Of a stretch of 64,000 nucleotides of DNA, positions 12,496 to 24,280 are shown piece by piece. This stretch comes from Octopus sinensis. Lineage: Eukaryota. Below the pieces are notes generated by a model. It worked only from the letters and a program-made list of their open reading frames with translations. It was not told where the DNA came from and ran no database searches. How positions within the stretch are numbered: the first letter of the stretch is position 1; the number at the start of each line of letters is the position of its first letter. The DNA is taken from the NCBI RefSeq assembly GCF_006345805.1, contig NC_043003.1, positions 45,508,001 through 45,572,000 on the forward strand, read 5' to 3'. The position numbers were made by a program, and so were the translations under genes.

Positions 12496-13705
12496 ATTGA
12501 TATGATACAGATTCGTTTCAATATTATATAAGTTACCTATCGTCTATCACATACGCAGTCTCCAGTAATTGATGTTGTGTAGTGCATAATCAGCCCTGCT
12601 ACGGCAAGTAGTTTGTCCAAAGCATTTCCGCCGTGATGATCCAGTTTTATTTCAATGCTCAATGACCACTAAACCGCTTTATCAAACATGACCATTTTTA
12701 CAAATTCAAAAGAGATTTTGTTGCTATTTTTAGCAGATCAAATGGTCACATATCAGCTTCACGGAACCTATTTCTTTTTAAGTCACTGTTTGTTTTTACA
12801 AAAATATCGAGAAAAAAAATCGTTAAATTTAATATATCACTGCTTTTTGTGTTGGTGAGCTCTGTCTCTCTTACACTGGTCATTTACATGTTTACAGCTT
12901 TCTGTAGTGAAGCATTGAACGTTAAGTGTTTGGGTCACCGAAACAGCAGCGGTGATAGAATATCAAAGCAGAACATTTCATTGCTTCTTCAAAACAGCAT
13001 CACTTCAGCAATTTATTTTAACCAAAGGATCGTTGTGCCATCAGTAAATTGCTGTTAATTATTTTATAGTCTATAACGGTATGGTAATTGTGATATTATG
13101 TTCTTTTGAAGTTCTCTTCGAATGGCATGCGACCTTTTACCCTTTCATTAATGACCCAAACTTGAATGCACATCTCTTAATATTTCAAGATGGACTAGAC
13201 GATGGTGGAGAGACAGAAATGAGTGCAAATCTATTATCAAGGTGTTCCACTCGTAACTATCTCGATTCCTAGTGTACCTAGGAATATATTATTCAAGGCG
13301 GCCTTTTTTTTAAAAAAAAAGATGGTTGAGATTAATTTAAGGAAGACATAGCTACTATTTATAGCAATTAGTTATTGTCATCTACGTTCTAATTTTAACC
13401 ATTACTACAACGTTAGTCTCCCCACCTCGAATATGTTGCTTAGCCTCAGGTCAACCCTGTTCGCGCAACTCTATGATCAATGGCATTTCAGTCGTGACCA
13501 TCTGTTATATCAGTGACTACACTGTCCTATGTATCCATCTTTATTTACGGTGCACTTATATGCTTAGGTGGTGGGATGATGGTGGGGGAGGGGGAATTGG
13601 TTGCTATTTCCAGCAAGTCAAGTGCTTGACAGTTAAATAACAACTCGATTCAATCAATTATTTTCCACGTTTATAATTTGTTGCTTTTTACAACTGTTAG
13701 AAATT

Positions 13706-14005
13706 CTTTGGGCAAGTGGCTTCTACTATAGCATCAGCCGACGACCAAAGCCTTGTGAGTGGATTCGGTAGACGAAACTGAAAGAAGCTCGTGATATATG
13801 TGTGTGTGTGTGTGTGTTTGTCTCCCGCCACCACTTGACAAACGTTGCTGGTGTGTTTCCGTCCCCGTAACTTAGCGGTTCGGTAAAATATGCCGATGGA
13901 TTAAGTACTAGGCTTTAAAGTAAAAGTCCTGGTGTCCATTTGCTCGACTAAAGGCGGTGCCCCAGGATGGCCGCAGTCAAATGACAGAAACATGTAAAAG
14001 ATAAG
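13706..14005 (+). mobile_element. SINE B, 5'-truncated
   Basis: TTGGGCAAGTG.CTTCTACTATAGC through GGCCGCAGTCAAATGAC. Confidence 0.85.
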
Positions 14006-14170
14006 ACAAAAAATATAAACCGCCTTTCCGTGTTGAGTTACTTCTTAAAACGCTATACGTTCGAATTCTTTGAAGACGATATAATCGATGAAGTACCCAA
14101 CTAGCCTGAAAATGTTTTATCTCTTGTGCATGTTTAATTTATTCATAATATATATTGCGTAAGATTCAAA

Positions 14171-14769
14171 AGGCGGCAAGCTGGCAAAGACGTTAGCACG
14201 CCAGGCGAAATGCTTAGCGGTATTTCGTCTGCCGCTACGTTCTGAGTTCAAATTCCGCCGAGGTCGACTTTGCCTTTCATCCTTTCGAGGTCGATAAATT
14301 AAGTACCAGTTACGCACTGGGGTCGATGTAATCGACGTAATCCGTTTGTCTGTCCTTGTTTGTCCTCTCTGTGGTTATCCCCTTGTGGGTAGTAAAGAAA
14401 TAGGTATTTCGTCTGCCGCTACGTTCTGAGTTCAAATTCCGCCGAGGTCGACTTTGCCTGTCATCCTTTCGGGGTCGATTAAATAAGTACCAGTTACGCA
14501 CTGGGATCAATATAATCGACTTAATCCGTTTTTCTGTCCTTGTTTGTCCTCTCTGTGGTTATCCCCTTGTGGGTAGTAAAGAAATAGGTATTTCGTTTGC
14601 CGCTACGTTCTGAGTTAAATTCTGCTGAGGTCGCCTTTGCCTTTCATCCTTTCGGCGTCGATTAAATAAATACCAGTTACGTACTGGGGTCGATGTAATC
14701 GACTTAATCCCTTTGTCAGTCCATGTTTATCCCCTCTATGTTTAGCCCCCTGTGGGCAATAAAGAAATA
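14171..14769 (+). mobile_element. Three-unit SINE A array inside one degenerate TSD
   Basis: Units 14171-14402, 14403-14586 and 14587-14769; units 2 and 3 start at GGTATTTCG. Flanks are ATATTGCGTAAGATTC (14152) and ATATTGCACAAGATTC (14771). Confidence 0.9.
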
Positions 14770-14980
14770 AATATTGCACAAGATTCGAAAATGACAGATT
14801 TGTTGGTTGATTTTCTTGTTAATTTTTTTTTATATAATTGCTCTTCTATTCGACGGGCTTCTTTTAGTTTCTGTCCATGAAATCCACCCACAATGTTTGG
14901 GTCGGCCCGAGACTATAGCAGAACACCATGTCGTTGGTAAGCAAGCTACTTACCACACAGCCATTCTTATATATTATATA

Positions 14981-15025
<45 letters not shown>

Positions 15026-15099
15026 GTCTTTGTGTGTATCTATTTGTGTGTTGTCTGTAAGCTAGAGCCCTTGATTTTTTTTTATCAAACTTTATTATT

Positions 15100-17062
15100 A
15101 CTTATGACATCCTATGTTTTTTAAGCTTGAATCTGTTCGGAAGCTGCTGAAAGCATATTCTAACACAATAGCTTGTACCCTTCTTGCCTTTATCATCATC
15201 ATAGTCGTCATCATCACCATCATTATAAAGCTCATTATTTTGCATCCGTTTTCTAAGATGGCATGGGTTCTCTAAATGGTTAAGAGATCCTTCTCTCAGA
15301 ACTGACATTTGCGATTGGTTGATTTCTAGAAAAACTTGATGAAGTCTCTTTCGCATATTAACTTGACAAAAAAAAAAAAAGAAAAAAAGTGACACTGAAA
15401 ATAAAAAAAAAAAAATCTTCGAAAAATGAAAAACAGAGATAAGGAAAGAAAACAAAAACACAGAAGAAGGATATTAATAGAATAGATGATTGGAAGAATG
15501 GGTAAAGAGAATGAAAGATGAAAGTAAAAGAAAAAATGAACGAATGAGAGCGATGCTTAACTTTGCAGCAGCAGCATGCCTTAAAGTTGATGCTTATTCG
15601 AAAGGTCAAACTATTGTTATCGCTCCGATAAACTCGCGGTTTCCTTTTGAAGATGGTTCATCATTGCTGCTCCTTCCTGCCACACACACCCTTCAACCAT
15701 TACCACTTCTACTAGCACCACCACCACCACCACCACCACCACCACCACCAGTAACAAACAACAACAACAACAACTTCACTAAGAAACAACAACGGCGAAA
15801 TCAACTGAATTAACAACAAGCGTAGCTACGATCAGCGAGCTCTAATGACATAGCTAATAATATACATACATACATACATACGACATATATAAACACTCGC
15901 AAGACACACACGCGTCCTACTGCTGCTGCTGCTGCTGCTAATTGTGATCGAGATGTGACACACCAAGGAATGTAAAATCTCTACTGATGTGCCATCCTCT
16001 TCGCATGTTCTAGGGTGGAGAGAAATTTTTGTTGTTGTTGTTGTTGTTGTTATATCCTGTTCCCGCTTCTTCCCTAAAACGTCCACAGTCCTCTGACCAT
16101 GAACAACCAACTCTTTGAGACACGGATGCTGAGATAAAAACAACAAATGACTCATCTTTGTTCTGATTTTCGTATTAATAAGTGTGGCGGTGGCAGTGAT
16201 TAGGGTGATAGTGGTGGTGATGGTGGTGGTGGTGGTGGAGATGGTGATGGTGATGGCGGTGGTGTCTAGAGTGATAGTGGTAGTAGTTGTTATGATGTTA
16301 GCGATAGCTATGGTGATGGTAGTGGTTGTGGTATTGATGATGAGAGTAGTAGTAGTAGTAGTGGTGGTGTTGGTGTGGTTGAAGTGATGGTGACAAGTGA
16401 TAGTTATAGGCATGGATGTAGTGGTGGTAGTAGCAGTAGTGAATGTCATGATAGTGGTAGTGATATTCATGATGGTGGTGGTGGTGGTGGTGGCGGTAGC
16501 AATAGTGGTGGTAGTGGTGGCGGTAGCAGTAGTGGTGGTAGTGGGGGAGGATGAGGAGGTGCTGGAGAAGGTGCCGGAGGAGGTGATGATGGTGGAGATG
16601 GTGGTGATATTGGTGGTGTTATTTGCAATGGTGATGACGGTGGTGTTCATGGCATTGATGGTTAGGGTGATGATGATGATGATGATGATAACAATGCTGG
16701 TATTGGTAGATATGCTTGAATTGATGTCGGTTATATTGGGTGTTGGTGTTGGTGCTGATGGCAACGGTGCTAATGATGATAATAACATCAGGGGTATTAG
16801 CAATGGTGGTGGTGGTGGTTGAGCTGGCAATGAGATTATTGGTTTTGGTGTTTTTCACCACAGTGAAGGGTGTGAATATTATACTGGTGTTTGGCGACAG
16901 TGGTAGTTTTGGTGTGGAAAAATTTGACCATAGGGTTTGTGAAGGGGAGCGAGATTTTCGTTGGAGATTGTGTCCGAGAAATTTGGTGACGAATGTGTTT
17001 GCAATGACAATGGTGGTGGTGGTGGTGGTGGTGGTGGTGGTGGTACTGTAGAAGTAGTAGTG

Positions 17063-17113
<51 letters not shown>

Positions 17114-17430
17114 TTTGGTCAAATCGAAAACCTAAAGAAGAGAAAGGAACATCTTCAGATGTTTGACACTGAAGTGTGCTGTGCAAAGTGGTATAATGGT
17201 TGTGGTTGTGGTGGTGGTGGTGGTGGTGGCGGCACATAGTTTTAACTGGCGGTGGGGTGTTTGAAGAGATATATTGCAGTAATAAAGCTGGAGGAGACGG
17301 GGAGACAAAGGAGCGGTCCGCTCCAGTCGACTTTTTTTTTTTAGAGAGCAGCACTCTTGGATCTGTGCAATATGTCTTATTTTCAATGGGACCTAGTAGG
17401 GTGCCAAAGCTCAACGGCTACCCTTGACTT
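15100..17430. other. SINE-free low-complexity island (GGT/GTA/GAT triplet runs mixed with unique sequence); possible UTR or regulatory exon
   Basis: About 2.3 kb with no SINE; ORFs in several frames are homopolymeric with no recognisable domain. Confidence 0.3.
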
Positions 17431-17603
17431 TTACACACTTTAGCTACAACACTTAGGTAGTTGTGGCGTTACGGGTGTAGTGTTGGCAGGTGATATTAAG
17501 CACCGGGTTACCCTTGACCGATATCACATCTATAACCAAAAAGCCTTCCAGGATGACCAACCTCGCATTTTACCTATGGGCTTGTAACCGATGACTATAC
17601 TAT

Positions 17604-18062
17604 ATTGGTTTCAAATTTTGGCACAAGGCTAGCAATTTCGGGGAGGAGATTAGTCGATTACTTCGACCCCAGTTCTAGACTGGTACTTATTTTATCGACC
17701 CCGAAATAATGAAAGGCAAGGTCGATCTCGGTGGAATTTGGACTCGGACTTAGCGACAGACGAAACGCCGCCCAGCATTTTTCCTAGAGTGCTCACGATT
17801 CTACTAGCTTGTTGTCCTAACCGATGACAATATTATCAAAACTATGTTAAGGCGGCGACCTAGCAGAATCGTTAACGCTCCGGGCAAAATACTTTGAGGG
17901 GTTTCATGTTTACGTTCTGATTTCAAATTCCACCGAAGTGGATTTTGTCTTTTATTTTTTGGGTGCGGGGTCGATAAAATAATTACCAGTTGAGCCCTGG
18001 GGTGGATGTAATCGACTTATCCCACCCTTGAATTTGCTGGTCATGCGCCAAAATTTGAAATC
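17604..18062. mobile_element. Two SINE A copies head-to-head (17604-17817 minus, 17849-18062 plus)
   Basis: Family motifs on opposite strands; the minus copy has TSD TAACCGATGAC.ATA.TAT (17585 and 17818). Confidence 0.85.
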
Positions 18063-18804
18063 CGTATCATCAAACTTGTTCTTTTGTAAGACAATGGGGA
18101 AGAGTGATCAGAGGTTCATTTCGCTGATATTTCTAACACGTCATGCGCCTGCACAAAGATTCTTTTCTTGGCTTTTAGCGGTACTAATATTGGGGTTAGT
18201 TGCTATAACATGTTTGTTGTTGCCTGTTCTTTGTTGTTGTCACATAGGTCAAGCTTGACTGAATAAATCTATATCTAAAATATTCCAGCCATGCCCACTT
18301 CTTCCCTTTAGAGGAAAGGTTACACTAACCAATCTGTCCTGCTTTTTTTTTGTTTCAACACAAAAGTGTAAGATTTTAGGTGAAATTTGCTGTTTTTGTA
18401 GCAGAGACCAAGAATTAGGTTCCCTCTTGGATATCAATGATGTTGCTACTGATATAAATGATGGCGGTTTTGTTAGTGGTGGTGGTGGTGGTGGTGTTGG
18501 TGATGGTGGTGGTGGTGGTGGTGGTGGTCGGGTGGCGTTGGTGGTTGTGGTGGTGATGGTGGCGGTGGTCTTGGTGGTAATGACGGCGGTGGTGGTCCTG
18601 GTGGTAATGAAGTTATTAATGTTCATGGTTGTTGGTATGATGATAGTAATCGATGTTCCTAGTCTGTTACAGGATATATCAATTATTGTAAGTGTTGGTG
18701 GTGATGGATCCGATGATGGCATTGAACGTAGTATTGTCTCAGTCTCAATGAGAGCAGCTAAGCATCTAATGACGATAATGATGATAATAACGGTGATAAC
18801 AATA

Positions 18805-19018
18805 AACCTTTCTACTAAAAGGCACAAGGCTTGAAATTTTGGGGCATGGGGAAAGTCGATCACAATGACCCAAGTACTCGACTGGTACTTAATGTATCGA
18901 CCGCGATAGGAAATGCAAATTCGACCTCGGCAGAATTTGAACTCAGAACGTAAAGACAGACGAAATGCCGCTAAACATTTTGCCCAGCGTGCTACCAATT
19001 CTGCCAGCTTGCTGCCTT
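18805..19018 (-). mobile_element. SINE A (tail-2)
   Basis: GACCTCGGCAGAATTTGAACTCAGAACGTAAAGACAGACGAAAT...TTCTGCCAGCTTGCTGCCT. Confidence 0.85.
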
Positions 19019-19239
19019 AAACTTTTACTGAATAATGATAATTTTCGAAGTTTACCGCAGCATGTTTTGAACTCAGAACGTAAAGAACCGGAATAAATAC
19101 TGCAAAGTATATTATTTAACGCTTTAATAAGTCTTCCAATCTAATTATTATTTTAGTTTCCACCCATCTGAAATACAATGAGTACAATACAAAGAACGGG
19201 GTATGGCACCGAGGGGTTTTAGATAGAACAAAAAAAAAT

Positions 19240-20750
19240 ATTTCTGACAATCAAAAACATTTTTTTCTGACAATGAAAAACATATCACAGTCGATTCCCT
19301 CTTCATGAAACATACCTCACACTCTACTTCTTAACTGCGTATAATACTACACTTAATTATATGACTCTGGTAAATAATATTCCAATTCCTTTACTATAAT
19401 TTCACCCTCCAATCTCTCTCATGATAATTAACCTCACATTCCATTCCATCATCATGAACAGAATGTCACATTCCTCTACTTGACTAAAATATCAATGTCA
19501 AACTACAGAATATTACATTACACTTCATCACCGTGGCATATACAGCAGCGCAGTCCAATCCTCCCAATACAGCTCTGTACCATGATGGTGAAGAATACCA
19601 AGTCACACACCTTGGTTTGGTACAAAATATGATACTATTCTCTTTTTCCCCCTTGCAAAATGGAAAAACATGAACCCGCTAATACACGACTGATATATCC
19701 GCCGCCGCTCCTTCAATATCATTCTCTTCCTTTTCTTCCACTTCCCCTCCTCCTCCTCACCACCACCACCATCGCTATCATCATTTTCTTCCGGTTGTTC
19801 CTCATCATCCTCATCAACATTACCATTTTCTTCATCATCTTTGTCAACATCATTGTTTTCATCATCGTCATCATTTCCATTATCACCACCATCATTAACA
19901 ATCAACTAATACTTGTATTCATCAATCCTTTCATACATTTATCAATCATAATCATCAATTCGTTTATCAATCACCGTTAATCATCATCTATCCAACACAT
20001 AAACCTTATCAATCCATCCATCAATCATCTCTGCATCATTCACACTCCATCATTCATAACAAATCAACAGTTTCGCTCATCGATCAATCATCAATCTTTA
20101 CTTCAAACCATACACTTTCCTAAGCATTGTTATCCACCTTTAAATTCTTCTTAATCACCAGCTCACACATTACCCAAAGGTAACTGGACACATCAAGACA
20201 GCCACTAACTGCTTCCATGAACAGATACCTCAAAAACATTCTCCACACAGGACATAAATTTCTATCAAGCACACTGACCTAATCCATTATTTTCATAATG
20301 AAAATGGTCTAGTAACACTACACTAAACGATACAGCTCATTCCTGCTAAGCCTCACAATCTGATGTCATTCTACAGTGAACGCAGACCGGTAACATTATC
20401 CTAATAACATCACAAAGGCTAGATGTCTTTCCTCTTAAGGGTCAATAAATAATTTCACCTTCATAAATTGCTAACCCTTCAAGAGAGCATAACTACAATT
20501 ATAAAATATAATTCTAACATGGTTTACATAACTGGAACAGTGTCTCTGCAGACAACTTAAATTACATCATCCCTTTCTTTAGCTAACGTCCGAAGATCTA
20601 CTACTCAGTAAACGACAAACGTTTGCACACACTTCTCAATAAGTATTGCTCACAAAGGACCATTCCTATTCACACGAATCTCTTTTGCTGTCTAGTAACA
20701 CAAATCACACAACATAAACAACTATACATCGTATACATTCACACGCCTTG
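19240..20750 (+). pseudogene. Highly decayed LINE reverse-transcriptase remnant split by a low-complexity tract
   Basis: Fragments FSDNEKHITVDSLFMKH (cf. LDxEKAxDxV), TLVNNIPIPFTI (cf. VNG...F.I) and KPYTFLSIVI (cf. YLGI) occur in RT order; C/A-rich sense strand. Confidence 0.35.
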
Positions 20751-20916
20751 ATTAAATAAGAGCAAATGCGCTTCCATTTTTTTTTCAAACTCTAACTACC
20801 CATAGAGGGCGAAATAGCTTAGTCACATAGGAAAATAGTATCTCAATTCATTCAAGAATGCATATATGTACGTATGTGTGTGTCTGTATCTGTGTATTTA
20901 TATATGTATATACACT

Positions 20917-21138
20917 TTACACTTTTACTTGTTTCAGTCATTTGACTGCGACCGTGCTGGAGCACCGCCTTTAGTCGAGCAAATCGATCCCGGGACTTAT
21001 TCTTTGTAAGCCTAGTACTTATTCTATCGGTCTCTTTTGCCGAACCGCTAGGTTTCGGGGACGTAAACACACCAGCATCGGTTGTCAAGCAATGCTAGTG
21101 GGACAAAGACAGATACACAAACATACACACACACACAC

Positions 21139-21183
<45 letters not shown>

Positions 21184-21315
21184 TCCACTCACAAAGCTTT
21201 GATCGGCCCGAGGTTATAATAGAAGACACTTGCCCAAGGTACCACGCAGTGCGAATGAACCCGGAACCATATGGTTGGTAAGCAAGTTACTTACCACACA
21301 GCCACTCCTGCGCCT
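20917..21315 (-). mobile_element. SINE B
   Basis: Reverse complement of family B, from TTTACTTGTTTCAGTC to CCTGCGCCT. Confidence 0.9.
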
Positions 21316-21595
21316 TTATACATACACATAATTGTATGTATGTGTGTGAGGGTGCATGGCCTAATGGAGTGTTGTACTCAGGATCGCGAGATCGTAGTTT
21401 CAATTCCTGGACTGGGTGATGCGCTGTGTTCGTGAGCAAAGTACTTTCTCTTACGTAGCTCTGTGATCACTTCAGCACCAGATGTGTTGAAGAGCAGCAA
21501 GAGAATGAGTCGATCAAAACAAAATATATTGCAAATTTCTATTATGATACTGTATACTCTATTTTCAAACAGTCAACTCTACACCGCCTCTGTGA

Positions 21596-21626
<31 letters not shown>

Positions 21627-22223
21627 TAAATACATACATGTATATATGTAACGCATATGACGATAACCTGGGGACGGAGTCATTTGATAACACTAAGCGG
21701 CTTATAACTTTAAGTAGAAATTTATAAGAATACCCCAAGCCTTTTTCGGAATATATTAATTTCCATAATAAACACACATTACACACATTAATTTTGATAG
21801 CACAAATAAGCCGACAACGTCGACAACGCCGACAACGCCGACATCGCCCACAACGATGACACTGTTCAGTATGTGATGATTCTTACGAAGACACTTTAAT
21901 CACTGCCACCATTTCGGCTATATTTTATGTATGATTGAGCTGAACTCGCGGCACTTTATATTAATAGTTTTACACTTTAATGTATATACTGAAGTTGAAT
22001 GTTTGCGGGTAATGTGTTTATGTTGTAATAAAATAGTAGCTATTTCCTGGATAATACACCGAATTCCATGCATGTAAGATTTTATGATGATAAGAAATCA
22101 TTTACTTTTTCATTGGATTATCACTAATTTTAATTTCTATCTGGATGGGAAGAGCTTACATCGCTTGCTCAGACAGCTCGCTTCTAATAATCTACTGGTA
22201 AAGTTATATCACTAATAAGGGAG

Positions 22224-22254
<31 letters not shown>

Positions 22255-22258
<4 letters not shown>

Positions 22259-22455
22259 TAATCCAAACAAGAAAACAAAAAGACAACAACGCGAGGATGT
22301 GGAGCAAATAAAGTATTATTGGGCGCTCAGGAAAGAAGGGAAGAAGGAGGGTATGACGTTTCGAGCGGAGCTCTTCGTCGGAAACATAGGAGAAAGAAAG
22401 ATCCCGAGGTGGGAGGACAAAGGGAAAAAAAATGCAAGTGGTCTTCACGAGGTCA
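22255..22455 (-). mobile_element. Penelope-like terminal repeat with hammerhead-like motif; second copy at about 45085-45265
   Basis: Minus strand GTTT-CCGACGA-A-GAGC-TCC-GCTC-GAAAC-GTC-ATAC at 22385-22351; element embedded in TA/CA repeats. Confidence 0.6.
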
Positions 22456-22465
22456 CACACACACA

Positions 22466-22552
<87 letters not shown>

Positions 22553-22764
22553 AGAGTGAAGGCCATGCATACACATGTGTGTAGGCATGTAGCGATAAAC
22601 ATTTGATGCCTCTACTAAAATATGCTCCATAAATATATACACCATAAAAAATATGTTAGGGCGGCGAAATGCCAGTGTCATTAGAAAGGGGAATCAACTA
22701 AATTGCAGTATGTTCTGGGTTTTCTTTTTTTCTTTTTCTTTTTTTTTTAATTTTATTCTTTTAT

Positions 22765-23018
22765 ACTTTTATTTCTTTCAGTCATTCGACTGCGGCCATG
22801 CTGGAGCATATGTTTCAAGAATTTTTGTCGAACAAATCGGCTCCACAAATTATTTCTTCAGCCTAGTAAATATTCTATCGATCTCCTTTTGTTGAACAGC
22901 TATGTAACGGTGATGCAAACACACCAACACCGGTTCTCAAGTGGTAATAGGAGGACAAACACAAATATACATACAAACACACACACACAAATATAGATAT
23001 ATACATACATATATATAT

Positions 23019-23064
<46 letters not shown>

Positions 23065-23127
23065 ATGTAATATACAAATAAATATCTGTAAATATAAAAC
23101 CATCCGAACTTCTGAGTACCTCATTTC

Positions 23128-23170
<43 letters not shown>

Positions 23171-23330
23171 CCAGCTTCTTTAGTTTCGATCTACCAAATC
23201 TATTCACAGGATTTGGTCGGCCCGACGCTATAATAGAAGACACTTGTCCAAGACGCCACACAGTGGGACTGAACCCGAAACCGTGTGGTTGGGAAGCAAG
23301 CTTCTTATCACACAGCCACGCCTGCGCCTA
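22765..23330 (-). mobile_element. SINE B, diverged, with expanded internal microsatellite
   Basis: TTTCAGTCATTCGACTGCGGCC...GGGACTGAACCC...CACAGCCACGCCTGCGCCT. Confidence 0.85.
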
Positions 23331-24236
23331 ATTGTGTATTTCATCTTATTTCATTTTATCTTTTGGCACTTCGAATATAAAGCGTAAGTGCTCGAAACAA
23401 TTCCTCCTTCATCTAGTTCTCTCTTACCACCCCTCTCTTTAAAGGTCCATCTAGCTTTGAAATTTAAAGGTCCACCTAGCCTTGATATATAGTCACGTGA
23501 TTTGGCCTTGGAATGGGGTTATTTATTCGTGTGTCTGTAAAATACTTAGATGCTTAGACGTATGGAACTTAAAGGTCCAGCTCGTCCCGTAATAACATTA
23601 ATTGTATACATGTTTGTGGAATGTCAAACCGATTACACCTAATTCGTAAAAATGGGAAGTAATTCCGCTGGCTGAATAACTAAACACTCATCGTCGAAAC
23701 TGACGAAGTATCTCCCAAACATAAATATGCAAATGCTTTAAAATAAGTGTGGTGCGTTTATGCGCATGTATACTTACGCATAAGAATATATGAGCATTTA
23801 TGTACGGACGTACATAAAGGACGTACATGTGTGTGCGAGAGAGCGCGGATGTGACAGTATGTAGGTGCATGGGTATCTTTGGGAAGATGTGTTTATATTT
23901 GTGGAATTGTTTCCGAAACATCAAGAAGCATAAGAAAGGAAAGAAAACGAAAAACAAAATATAGCTTTTGATACAAAGCTTATGGTGCAGTATGTTTCTA
24001 TATAGCGCTGAATGTTTCAAGATAACTAATCTTGCTCAGCTCTTCTTTAACGCCGAAATGTGTTTCTATGGCTATTAAATTTTCTTTTACCTCAGGATAA
24101 GGGGAGATTCATAGTTCAACCATGATGTGATCCCACTATCTCATCCTCTATCTCACAGTCACTCGTTGGTTCGTTTTATTTTATATTATTCTCGTTCACC
24201 TCTAGCTTTCTGTCCTTGGCTTTCTTTTTCTTTCTC

Positions 24237-24280
<44 letters not shown>

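Noticed and set aside
14171-14769. CRISPR-like or satellite array
   Set aside because: The units are SINE copies with no unique spacers; eukaryotic context.
15832-16830. 332-aa minus-strand ORF as a mucin-like CDS
   Set aside because: Starts at TTG, is built from degenerate ACC/ATC repeats that lack stops by composition, and has no domain or clear signal peptide.
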